From an uncultured Ruficoccus sp. (GTDB lineage Bacteria > Verrucomicrobiota > Verrucomicrobiia > Opitutales > Cerasicoccaceae), in assembly GCA_965140785.1 (NCBI GenBank), contig OZ223475.1, positions 192,001-256,000 on the forward strand: 64,000 nucleotides of DNA, written 5' to 3'. Positions 50,973 through 59,569 of this stretch are shown here, one piece after another (within the stretch, counting starts at the first letter, position 1; each line of letters opens with the position of its first letter). The notes under the pieces were generated by a model. That model had not been told where the DNA came from and made no database searches. It saw only the letters and a list, made by a program, of their open reading frames with translations. The position numbers and the translations under genes were made by a program.

Positions 50973-53900
50973 GGTTGTCGAGCCAGCGGAAGGAGACGAC
51001 GACGAAGCGTCGATTGTTGGAGCCGGGAGTTAACTCGTCGGGCTGGCGCTGGACGACCAGTTCGCAGCGCGCGGTGGCTTCGGTGCTCCCGGTCAGCGGG
51101 TTGACGGACTCGCCGTAGGCACGGATGGTGAAGGTGTCTGAACGCGGGGAGAGCGCGGCCCCCAGGCGGGAAAGCAGGTTGCCCTGGGTAAGATAGCCGG
51201 GCTGGCCGTAGGAGAGCGAGCCCATGCCGGTATAGCGGTTGAACTGGTCGAACATGTTCAGCTCGTTGTAGCTGATGGAGTTGCTGTCGTCCTCGTAGCG
51301 GTCGTTGACGATGGAGGCCTCCAGTGCAGCCTGAAGCGCCCCGATAGCGCGCTCGCGATTGTCTGCACTGAGGACGAGGTTGGCGTTCTCACGGCTGGAG
51401 AGAAAGTCCGCGTCATCAATGACCCGGTTGACGAAGTGCGCCATCGAGGTGAAGGGGCCGCGCTTTTTGACCTGCTTAACGATTTCCTGCGCCAGGCTGT
51501 CGATCTCGGCCGCGTTGAGCGTGCGAAAGCCCGCGTAAGTCTGGGCGTCTTCCTCGTCGGCGGTGTCGGCATCACCGAGAAGGGGATCGAGGTTCTGGAG
51601 ATAGGGCGCGCGGGTGTCGTAGGCGGTGGTATTGACGGTGGCGCCGACCGTACCGGCTAACAGCGCCCGCCAGGCGTCCACGGAGGTGGAGTTGACGTTG
51701 AAGGCGCCGTTGACCATGAGCGCGGCGGCAGCGTCCTCGTAGGAGGTGATCTGTGCCGCGGTCGCTCCCGCTAGCGGTACCAGGCGCGGATTGAGCATCG
51801 CCCCGGTATTGGTGTCGTATTCGGCGAAAAAGTAGCGGTCCCACAGGTAGTCGTTGAGCAGGTAGGACCAGTCGTAGATGAGCGAACCAGGGTCACTGGA
51901 GAGGTACTTGGCGGTCTTGTAGGTATGGCGGCTACGCTCATCGAGCGGGACGCCGAGCGGGGCGAGGGAGTTGCCGATGGCGAAAGCCGGGTAGCTGCTG
52001 TTGAGGTTCCAGTCCGAGCCGCTCGAAGAGAAGGCAACCAGGTAATCCTCCACGGAGTTTGTCCGGGGCATGGGCGGGGCCAGCGAGGCGTGCATGAGCG
52101 AGCCGACGGACTGGAAGTACTCAGGGCCGCCGGGCAGGTCGAAGAGCGTGTCCTGCGTGATGAACGAGCTATTCGTATCGTCGGTGAAGCCGACCGTGGG
52201 TTGCGTATATGTCAGCGACGAGTAGAAGCGGCCCCAGTCTTCCGAGTCACTACCGCGCATGGTTGTCTGGGACGAGCCCATGCTGTCGGAACGGTTTCCA
52301 GACCAGCTCAGGTAAAGCGAGTTATAGCGCGTGTCGCCGTCCTGAGTTTGTTCGATGGGGGTGCGGTCGCTGCGCGCGGCTCGGGGATTATAGGAAGCGA
52401 GGGTGGAGACGATGGGGGTCGGGGAGGGGCTCCCCGGATAGGTGACCGGGGACAGATTCTGCACCCAGCGAAAATGCTGCGTGAAACCGAGAATGGGGAA
52501 ATAGTTGTCACCGCCGAGCGCAGCCAGCGGCAAAGCATCCCAGGGCGTGGTGGCGTCCGAGGCGAAGGAGGGGATCGCTGTGGGAGAAACGGCCCACTCA
52601 GGGGACAGCACGGAGCTGCCGGAGGTTTTGCCCAGATTGGACTGATTGAAGCCGGAGATGTCTTGGAGGGGGCCCTGGCTGATCATGTCCGCCAGGTTTC
52701 CATTGCCCACGTCGAGACCGAGCCCAACATGCAGATAGCTGATACCCGTGGTTCCACTGTCCGAGACGAGCCGCAGGACGAAGGGCAGGCCGGTTTTCGG
52801 GGGAACACCGGCGATGGCAACAGGGTCAAACCGGTCGCTCAGTTCCGAGTAAAAATAGCCGCCAGAGACGAAGCCGGGGGCCGAGGCATCGACCAGCGGG
52901 CTTCCGTTGCCGCTGGCCCAGTTCTGAGGCTGAACGGAGCCCGGGAGAAAGAGTTTGGCCTCGCCGGGCCCGAAGGCGCTGCTGATGTTGAAGCGGAATG
53001 CGCCGCGATTTTGGGAGTCGTCGGCGCCCTCGAAGATCGTTCCCGGCGCCCAGGTGTGGGTGGTGCCGTCGGCATCGGTCCACTCGACCTGTGGCGTCCA
53101 GTTGTATTTGATCTTGTTGCTGTTCGTGGTGAGGAAGAGGTTGTAGTCGGTGCTCGGAAGGGCGACGTTGTAGGGGTTCCACAGCACGACCGCGGGAAAG
53201 AACATCAGGCGCGCGATGTACTGCTGGTTGGCGCCGGGGGCTTTCAGCAGCAGCAGGTGCATGTGCATCTGGATGACGGTAACGATCGGGCCGACGCCCA
53301 TCTGCGTGTTGGTCTGTGGCTGTACAGAGACGGTGTCGCCCCGCAGTCGGTAAAAGCTGCGCAACTGCTCCCAGGGCGGACCGCCGGGGTCGCGGCGTTT
53401 GTTGGTTGAACCACTGGCCCCGCGTGCGGCGTCGGAGTCGCGCGGGTCGTAGGGCTCGGCCTGGTCGCGGTGCCCGAAGACCAGGTTGCCGTGTTCGCTT
53501 TTGAGCGTGGCGAAGTCGTCGGTGTTGCTAAAAGCGGCGCTGAGGTTGCGCTTGAGGCCACCCTCGCGCACATCGGCCAGCACCCCGAGCGAGAGCGAGG
53601 TCAGGTCATGGAAGTGATTGGCAATCAACTCCTGCCCCTCACCGCTGTCGAGGCCTGCCTGCTGCAAGAGCAGGAGCAACTGGTTCAATCCGCCCGCGCG
53701 CTCGAGCAGTTGGGTGTAGGAGGCATCGGTATGGATCGAGCCGAGGTCCTGCAGGGGGGACAGATCGTAGAGTGAATCGTTCTCCTCGATCAATTCGGGA
53801 GCGGTACGGGTGGCGGCGAGGGCGGCGATGGCCGCGTCCCGGGATTCGTTGCTGCGGGCCCAGGGGTTGTCCATGGCCAGGCTGGCCTTGACGCCGTCGT

Positions 53901-54543
53901 CGGCCACCCACCAGGCGTACTTGCCGCTGATGTCGCCGTCGGCGTCGCGTATCTGCTGCGGGGGCAAGTAGATATTACGCGGGTCAGCGGGGTCCGAGGC
54001 ATCGACCAGCAGGAGCGGGACGTCGGTCTCGCTGCGGGTGTTGTTCAAGGGATTGGCTCCCGGTGTACTGACCAGCCAGGCGAGCGCGCCGCCGGGATTG
54101 CCGAGACCGTTCTTGATCGGTGCGGGGTTCTGGTGCGCATCACCGCCGGTGCCATTGTCGGCATCGTCCGGATCGGTGATCCAGACGCCGGTCCAGTAGG
54201 GTTCATCCAGGCCGGTTATGGCCTCGGTCTCGGGAGTGTCGTCCAAGATCCCGGCCCGGGCCGTTACCCGTTGGTCGGGGCCAGCTGTTTGCTGAAGTTC
54301 GCCCAGCGCCAGCATGGCGCTGAAAAGCGCGAGCTGTCGGGCCTCGGTTTGCTGGGCCGCCACGGAGCCCTGGAGCGTTCCCATCTGCACCAGCGTGGAC
54401 AGGCTGAGCATCAACATGAGAATGAAGACCATCAGCGCCAGGGAGATGATCAGCGCAAAGCCGCTGGTGCGTCGGCTCAGGTGTCGGCGCCCGCGGGGAA
54501 GACTCTGCGTCAGGGAGGAAACGGGATAGGGCAGGAGCGTCAT
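50962..54543 (-). CDS. Giant PilX-like / Verru_Chthon cassette A-like protein
   Basis: GFALIISLALMVFILMLML, ALGELQQTAGPDQRVTA, WWVADDGVKA, GAFNVNSTSV, RGPF and RSDTFTIRAYG motifs. ATG 54543 is preferred over track start 54663. Confidence 0.85.
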   Translation of the reverse strand: MTLLPYPVSSLTQSLPRGRRHLSRRTSGFALIISLALMVFILMLMLSLSTLVQMGTLQGSVAAQQTEARQLALFSAMLALGELQQTAGPDQRVTARAGILDDTPETEAITGLDEPYWTGVWITDPDDADNGTGGDAHQNPAPIKNGLGNPGGALAWLVSTPGANPLNNTRSETDVPLLLVDASDPADPRNIYLPPQQIRDADGDISGKYAWWVADDGVKASLAMDNPWARSNESRDAAIAALAATRTAPELIEENDSLYDLSPLQDLGSIHTDASYTQLLERAGGLNQLLLLLQQAGLDSGEGQELIANHFHDLTSLSLGVLADVREGGLKRNLSAAFSNTDDFATLKSEHGNLVFGHRDQAEPYDPRDSDAARGASGSTNKRRDPGGPPWEQLRSFYRLRGDTVSVQPQTNTQMGVGPIVTVIQMHMHLLLLKAPGANQQYIARLMFFPAVVLWNPYNVALPSTDYNLFLTTNSNKIKYNWTPQVEWTDADGTTHTWAPGTIFEGADDSQNRGAFRFNISSAFGPGEAKLFLPGSVQPQNWASGNGSPLVDASAPGFVSGGYFYSELSDRFDPVAIAGVPPKTGLPFVLRLVSDSGTTGISYLHVGLGLDVGNGNLADMISQGPLQDISGFNQSNLGKTSGSSVLSPEWAVSPTAIPSFASDATTPWDALPLAALGGDNYFPILGFTQHFRWVQNLSPVTYPGSPSPTPIVSTLASYNPRAARSDRTPIEQTQDGDTRYNSLYLSWSGNRSDSMGSSQTTMRGSDSEDWGRFYSSLTYTQPTVGFTDDTNSSFITQDTLFDLPGGPEYFQSVGSLMHASLAPPMPRTNSVEDYLVAFSSSGSDWNLNSSYPAFAIGNSLAPLGVPLDERSRHTYKTAKYLSSDPGSLIYDWSYLLNDYLWDRYFFAEYDTNTGAMLNPRLVPLAGATAAQITSYEDAAAALMVNGAFNVNSTSVDAWRALLAGTVGATVNTTAYDTRAPYLQNLDPLLGDADTADEEDAQTYAGFRTLNAAEIDSLAQEIVKQVKKRGPFTSMAHFVNRVIDDADFLSSRENANLVLSADNRERAIGALQAALEASIVNDRYEDDSNSISYNELNMFDQFNRYTGMGSLSYGQPGYLTQGNLLSRLGAALSPRSDTFTIRAYGESVNPLTGSTEATARCELVVQRQPDELTPGSNNRRFVVVSFRWLDNHEI

Positions 54544-54702
54544 GGGACAGGCCGGGCCATTGAGGCGAACACCGCTGGGGCAGTCAGGCATTCGACAGTA
54601 TAGTATCGGAGCTTGAGGGATAGGATTAACCACAAGCGGGCAGACCGGAGTCTGCTCGCGCATGCCCCGAATGAGGTAAAAAGGGTAAGGATGAAAACGC
54701 TA

Positions 54703-55572
54703 TCAGGAGCGCCGACGCCAGCGGACGACGGTCGCGAGCAGAGCGATGACTCCCAGCGTCAAGCCCATTTCCTGAGGCTCGGGGATGCTGTCGTAGGTGA
54801 CTTCTACGTTATTCAGGTAGATGTCGCCGCTGCTCGCTTTGTAGAAAGCCAGCGTGTCGAAGGTAAAGGTGTCTGCGGGGGTGTTGATATCCGAGAGCAC
54901 GATGCTGTTCATGGAGAAAGACAGGTTCAGGGTCGTCGAGTCACTGCGGGTGAACGTAAAGGAAACCGTGTACGGGGTCTCGGCGGTCAGGTTGACGCCA
55001 GCGGCGGAATTGGTCAGGGAGGTCATGCCGTCGGCCAGCAGCTTCGGGCCGGTCCCATTACGTTCGGAGAAGTAGGTGTTACCCGCCGTGTCAGCGCCGA
55101 GGTTCGTGTTCAGGCGGTAGCCACCGTAGTTGTTGAAGAGCTCATTGGTGGAGCCGTAGTCGTCGGCGGTGACTTGATATTCCTCGCCGCCGGAGTTCAG
55201 GATGCCGACTCGGAAGCCATACTGATTGTTCGCTACGGACTCCATCGTGATGTCGAAGCTGACGGTCAGGGATTCGCCGACGTCGAGCGTGGTGGCATCG
55301 TAGTAAGTGAGGAAGCGCGCGGTGCTGTTGATCGCGTTTAGCTGTCCGGTCTGGTTGTTGACATACAGCCCGCCGCTACCGGCAGAGTTGTACCAGCCGG
55401 CACGGCTGCCGTTGCTGAAATCATCCTGGTAAACGATCTCGGTGGCAGCATGGGTGTAGGAGGCGCTCGCGAGGCAGGCGCCGGCGGCCAGCACGCTTAA
55501 AAGACGCACGCGACGTGCTTGGGTGAAGCGAAGAGATTTAGCCGGGGGAGAAGGGGGTGTGATAAGATTCAT
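54703..55572 (-). CDS. PEP-CTERM sorting-domain protein
   Basis: Signal peptide; C-terminal IPEPQEMGLTLGVIALLATVVRWRRRS. Confidence 0.9.
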   Translation of the reverse strand: MNLITPPSPPAKSLRFTQARRVRLLSVLAAGACLASASYTHAATEIVYQDDFSNGSRAGWYNSAGSGGLYVNNQTGQLNAINSTARFLTYYDATTLDVGESLTVSFDITMESVANNQYGFRVGILNSGGEEYQVTADDYGSTNELFNNYGGYRLNTNLGADTAGNTYFSERNGTGPKLLADGMTSLTNSAAGVNLTAETPYTVSFTFTRSDSTTLNLSFSMNSIVLSDINTPADTFTFDTLAFYKASSGDIYLNNVEVTYDSIPEPQEMGLTLGVIALLATVVRWRRRS

Positions 55573-55728
55573 GGCTTTAAATAGGGCCGAATTATGGAAA
55601 AGTGTCAATTTAAATACCGTGAAAAATCGCCAAACTATCGCTAAAAATTCGAATATATTTCGATATTACTGGTTTTCAGGGGCCTGTGTAAGCAAAAATT
55701 CATATATTACAAAGAAAGTTCTTGAAAA

Positions 55729-55738
55729 TTAACGTTAA
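55729..55738. promoter_or_regulatory. Putative LacI operator TTAACGTTAA
   Basis: Perfect palindrome in the divergent promoter region of lacI and the PEP-CTERM gene; recurs at 62199. Confidence 0.55.
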
Positions 55739-55756
55739 AAATAAAAGAGTTTGGCC

Positions 55757-56767
55757 ATGGGAATTAACCAACAACAAATTGCCGAGGCATTGAACTTGTC
55801 CGTGATGACGGTATCGCGTGCTCTGCGCCATCATCCGGACCTGGCAGAGAATACCCGGGAGTTGGTGATGAAGAAGGCCGAGGAGCTGGGCTACCGCAAG
55901 CATCTGAAAAAACGAGAAGCGAATGCAGAGCGCAAAGCGCCCGAAACCCTACGCCGGATGGGGATCATCCTGTTTGAGGATGAAGCCATGGGACACTTCA
56001 ATCTATTCAAGTCCGGCGTGATTCGCAGAATCTTTCTTTCCCTGCAAAAAGGCTGTCAGGAGTTGGGGTTTGAGACGGTGCTGGAGACTCCTTCGGCTGA
56101 CAAGCCGGGGGACGTGCCCCTGTTGGTTAAGAACCGTTCGGTGGATGGTATTTTTCTGCTGGGACGCTATTCGAGTAATATTGTCGAGCGTCTGGAGGGC
56201 ATCCCCGCTCTGGCTGTCAGTAACTTCCTCGAATGTGCCGGGCTGCCGCGGGTAGTGGCGGACAATTTCCACGGCATGCGCGAGGCCACCGAGCACCTGA
56301 TCGGGCTCGGGCACCGCCGTATTCTTTTTCTTGGGGACAACCAAGCCCACACGCAGATTTTCCAAGAGCGCTCTTTCGGCTACCTGGCGGCGATGCAGAC
56401 GAACGGCTACAAGCCGACGCTTGAGTTTATGGGTAGCCGTCGGGAGGAAGTGCCCGTGCAGAAGATCCTGAAGCATACCGCTGTGGTGTGCAGTAACGAT
56501 AATCTGGGCTATATCGTCAAAGCCCGGCTCAGGGCGGAGGGGCTTAAGCTGCCCGAGGACTGTAGTCTGGTGGCCTTTGACAACATTTCCGCCCTGCATG
56601 AATCCGACCCGATCACTTCGTATGAGCCGGATTGGGAAATGATGGGACAGATCGCGGCGGACCTGCTGGTCTCCTCTCCTCAGGCGATTATTAATCGAAA
56701 CGTCGCCGTTACCGTGCCCGGAAAAATGGTGATGCTGGACTCCACCTGCCCGCCGCCTGCCGAATAG
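55757..56767 (+). CDS. LacI-family transcriptional regulator
   Basis: INQQQIAEALNLSVMTVSRALR HTH, LGHRRI and PEDCSLVAFD motifs. Confidence 0.9.
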   Translation: MGINQQQIAEALNLSVMTVSRALRHHPDLAENTRELVMKKAEELGYRKHLKKREANAERKAPETLRRMGIILFEDEAMGHFNLFKSGVIRRIFLSLQKGCQELGFETVLETPSADKPGDVPLLVKNRSVDGIFLLGRYSSNIVERLEGIPALAVSNFLECAGLPRVVADNFHGMREATEHLIGLGHRRILFLGDNQAHTQIFQERSFGYLAAMQTNGYKPTLEFMGSRREEVPVQKILKHTAVVCSNDNLGYIVKARLRAEGLKLPEDCSLVAFDNISALHESDPITSYEPDWEMMGQIAADLLVSSPQAIINRNVAVTVPGKMVMLDSTCPPPAE

Positions 56768-56847
56768 GCGCTGGACCTGCCCTCTGGGGCAGCTGTCCGT
56801 GGATGGACGCACGAAGGGTTCGTCTTCAGGGCTTGCCGGTTCGAACT

Positions 56848-58272
56848 CTACATTTTCCCTCGGCGGTCCTCCAGAAGCGTACGGATGTCGGTGAGGCGGT
56901 CGCGCGTCAGCGGATACAGCGTGATGAGCATGAGGGAGAACAGCCAGATGCCAGCTGGCATGAACAGGAAAATCCATTTCATGCGCGCGAGAACCTCCGG
57001 GGGTTGGTGCTGCAGCATGACGTCGAAGCCCGAAATTTCCAGCATGACTCCGCCCAGGCCCATCGCCAGGGTATTGGCGACTTTTAAGAACCAGGAGTAA
57101 AAGGCGTTGATGGAGCCTTCGCGGCGACGCTGGGTATCCACCTCGTCGTAGTCGGCCACGTCGGCCTTCATCGAGGGGATGAACAGCCAGAAGGCCGACA
57201 TGCTCCCGGATTGCAGGACGGCGGGAATCAACTGGAGGTAGGGCAGTTCGGGTACGAGGCAGACCGCGTACAGAAGGTGGCCAGCGATGGCCATGAGCAG
57301 GACGCCGACCACGAGGATTTTCTTGTCGAACCTTTCACTGAGCCAGGTCAATACCGGCAGAGAAAGGATGCCCGCTACCATCATGGTCGTGTAGCGCCAG
57401 CCGTCGATAATCGAGGCGTCGGCCAGATGTCCGTCATTGATGAAGTAGATATTAACGTATTGTCCCAGGCTCGCGACCGAGGCGTTCCCCAGGCTGAGGA
57501 AGAAGGAGGCACCGATCAGCAGCCACAGGGGCTTGCAGTGAAAGGTTTCTTTGATGCTCTTCCAGAAAGGATCTTTGGGCTGTGTGCGGGTCTCTTTCTC
57601 ATAGTAGCGCTCCTTGACGAACAATGCCGGCATGAGGCCGAAAATCAGGATCAGGGCGGCCAGGAACCAACTACAGGTACGCATGCCGCTGACGATGTCC
57701 GCCTCGCCCGTTTCGGGGTTGGCGAACCACGGGCCGGACAGGATGGCCATGATCCAGCCGCCGCCCAGCGCCACGATTTTGCCGAAGAAAGACATCCACG
57801 CCGTCAAGTGCGTGCGCTCGTCATAATTAGGGGTCAGCTCCAGTTGCAGGCCATAGTAGGGCATCGACCAGCAAGTAAAGGAGGTGAAGAACAGCCAGCC
57901 GACAAAGAGCAGGTAGAAGAACATCCCCAGCTCGCTCCAGCCCTCCGGCGGCCTCCATAGGAAGGGATAGATCGATGCGGTCAGGATCGCCCCGACAAAG
58001 ATGAACGGGCGGCGCCGACCCCAGCGGGTGCGGGCGTTGTCGGAGATGTTGCCCATTACCGGGTCCGAAATCGCATCCCAGCCGCGCAGGATCATCAGGC
58101 ACAGGCCAAGCAGCATTGGGCGTATGCCCAGCCCGATATTAAAGTACGGCATCCAGACCATGCTGATCGTGACGCCGGTGGCGAAGTAGTCCATCTTGCC
58201 GCCCAGGGCGAAGGCGATTTTCTGCCAGAAAGGTATGCGATCGGATTCGGGGATGGAGGATAGTCGGGCCAT
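56848..58272 (-). CDS. GPH/MFS sugar:cation symporter (copy 2, close paralog of 25191-26615)
   Basis: Same length (474 aa) with long identical runs, e.g. IPESDRIPF, GNISDNARTRWGRRRPF and GPWFANPETGEADIV. Confidence 0.9.
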   Translation of the reverse strand: MARLSSIPESDRIPFWQKIAFALGGKMDYFATGVTISMVWMPYFNIGLGIRPMLLGLCLMILRGWDAISDPVMGNISDNARTRWGRRRPFIFVGAILTASIYPFLWRPPEGWSELGMFFYLLFVGWLFFTSFTCWSMPYYGLQLELTPNYDERTHLTAWMSFFGKIVALGGGWIMAILSGPWFANPETGEADIVSGMRTCSWFLAALILIFGLMPALFVKERYYEKETRTQPKDPFWKSIKETFHCKPLWLLIGASFFLSLGNASVASLGQYVNIYFINDGHLADASIIDGWRYTTMMVAGILSLPVLTWLSERFDKKILVVGVLLMAIAGHLLYAVCLVPELPYLQLIPAVLQSGSMSAFWLFIPSMKADVADYDEVDTQRRREGSINAFYSWFLKVANTLAMGLGGVMLEISGFDVMLQHQPPEVLARMKWIFLFMPAGIWLFSLMLITLYPLTRDRLTDIRTLLEDRRGKM

Positions 58273-58302
58273 GAGTGAAAGAGGAAGCTGAAGAGTTCGG
58301 GT

Positions 58303-59514
58303 TTAACGGCAGCTGGCCTGGGTCGGGGCGGAGACATGGGCGCCCCAGGGCAGGCCAACTTCGCTCAGCAGGCAGCCCCGGCGGTGGGCTTCGATCATGG
58401 ACTCGGCCAGGCCCTTGACCTGGATGAACTCCTCGGATTTTTCGAGTCGGGATTGTATCCACTCTTCCGGTACATCTTCAATCGCCAGTGTGCGGTGTAT
58501 CCGGTCGATGAATTGAGTATGTGCGCGTGCCATTTCCAGGGTGCACACGTTGCTGGGGTGCCCGTGCAGGCACTCACAAATGTGACGCAGCATGACGAGG
58601 CGCGTGTCTTCGTAGGAGGGGAGGGTGGCGTTTTTCTGAGGTTCGCGGGTGTAGGAGAGTGAACTGTCTTCGGTGTCGTTCCAGGTGTAGCATCCGGCGG
58701 TTGTTTCGATCACAATCTCCGCGTCCATGAAGGTCTCCGCCGAGTGGCTCATGTTGACGGTCAGTTCGGCGCCGTTTCGGAGTGTGGCGCGGGCGGATAT
58801 TGTATCGAAACTTTCGATACGCTGTGCACGATAGAGGGCGGATTCGAGCCCGTCGATCTCGGCGGCTGATTCGCGGCGCTCGCCCGCCCAGAAAAGAGCC
58901 ATCTGGATGAAGTGGGCCATGGCATTATTGGCCGGCGAGTCCAGGATCGTCATTCCCTCGCTGGTGAGCTTCCCGGCCCAGTCTGTGCGCCTGTAATACT
59001 CGGTAGAGCGCGGCCACAGGGCGCAGACGCGGATGCGCTTGAGGGTGCCGAACTGGCCGGAGAGCAGCAGGTCCTTGATGTCCCAGCACGCGTCGGTGTA
59101 GGTCTTTTGAAAGCCAACAAAGAGATGCTTCCCGCAATCGTCCCTGGCCTGGCGCATGGCCTCGACCTCTTCAAGAGTGGCCGCCGGGGGCTTCTCGACC
59201 AGTACGTGCATACCTGCCTTGAACGCGGCGACGGTCATGGTGCAGTGCCAGCCGATGCCGGTGGGAATACAGCACAGGTCGATCTGTCCGGCCTCGCATG
59301 TGAGCATCTCGGTGTAGTCGCTGTAGATGCGGCACCCGATGGCGCGCAGGCGTGCGCATTTCTCCGCCTCATCGGCGGCGTTGATGACGGTAGCGGCGCA
59401 GAGCTGGACGCACCCCTCTTCGGCCAGGGCGAGGAGGGAACGGTAGTAGCAGCCGCCATAGCCGGAAACTCCGATCAGGGCGACGCGAATCGGTTTGTCA
59501 CTGGGACGGGTCAC
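58303..59514 (-). CDS. Gfo/Idh/MocA oxidoreductase (paralog of 31497-32720)
   Basis: LIGVSGYG, VLVEKP and DSPANNAMAHF motifs; probable GTG start at 59514. Confidence 0.85.
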   Translation of the reverse strand: MTRPSDKPIRVALIGVSGYGGCYYRSLLALAEEGCVQLCAATVINAADEAEKCARLRAIGCRIYSDYTEMLTCEAGQIDLCCIPTGIGWHCTMTVAAFKAGMHVLVEKPPAATLEEVEAMRQARDDCGKHLFVGFQKTYTDACWDIKDLLLSGQFGTLKRIRVCALWPRSTEYYRRTDWAGKLTSEGMTILDSPANNAMAHFIQMALFWAGERRESAAEIDGLESALYRAQRIESFDTISARATLRNGAELTVNMSHSAETFMDAEIVIETTAGCYTWNDTEDSSLSYTREPQKNATLPSYEDTRLVMLRHICECLHGHPSNVCTLEMARAHTQFIDRIHRTLAIEDVPEEWIQSRLEKSEEFIQVKGLAESMIEAHRRGCLLSEVGLPWGAHVSAPTQASCR

Positions 59515-59569
59515 GGTTGGTACGGGAAAGTGAAATGAAACAGGTGTCGTTGCACAGGGCCGGGTCGGC

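Noticed and set aside
46535..53409. Long plus-strand ORFs 46535-48070 and 51925-53409
   Set aside because: Antisense to well-supported minus-strand genes; shadow ORFs.
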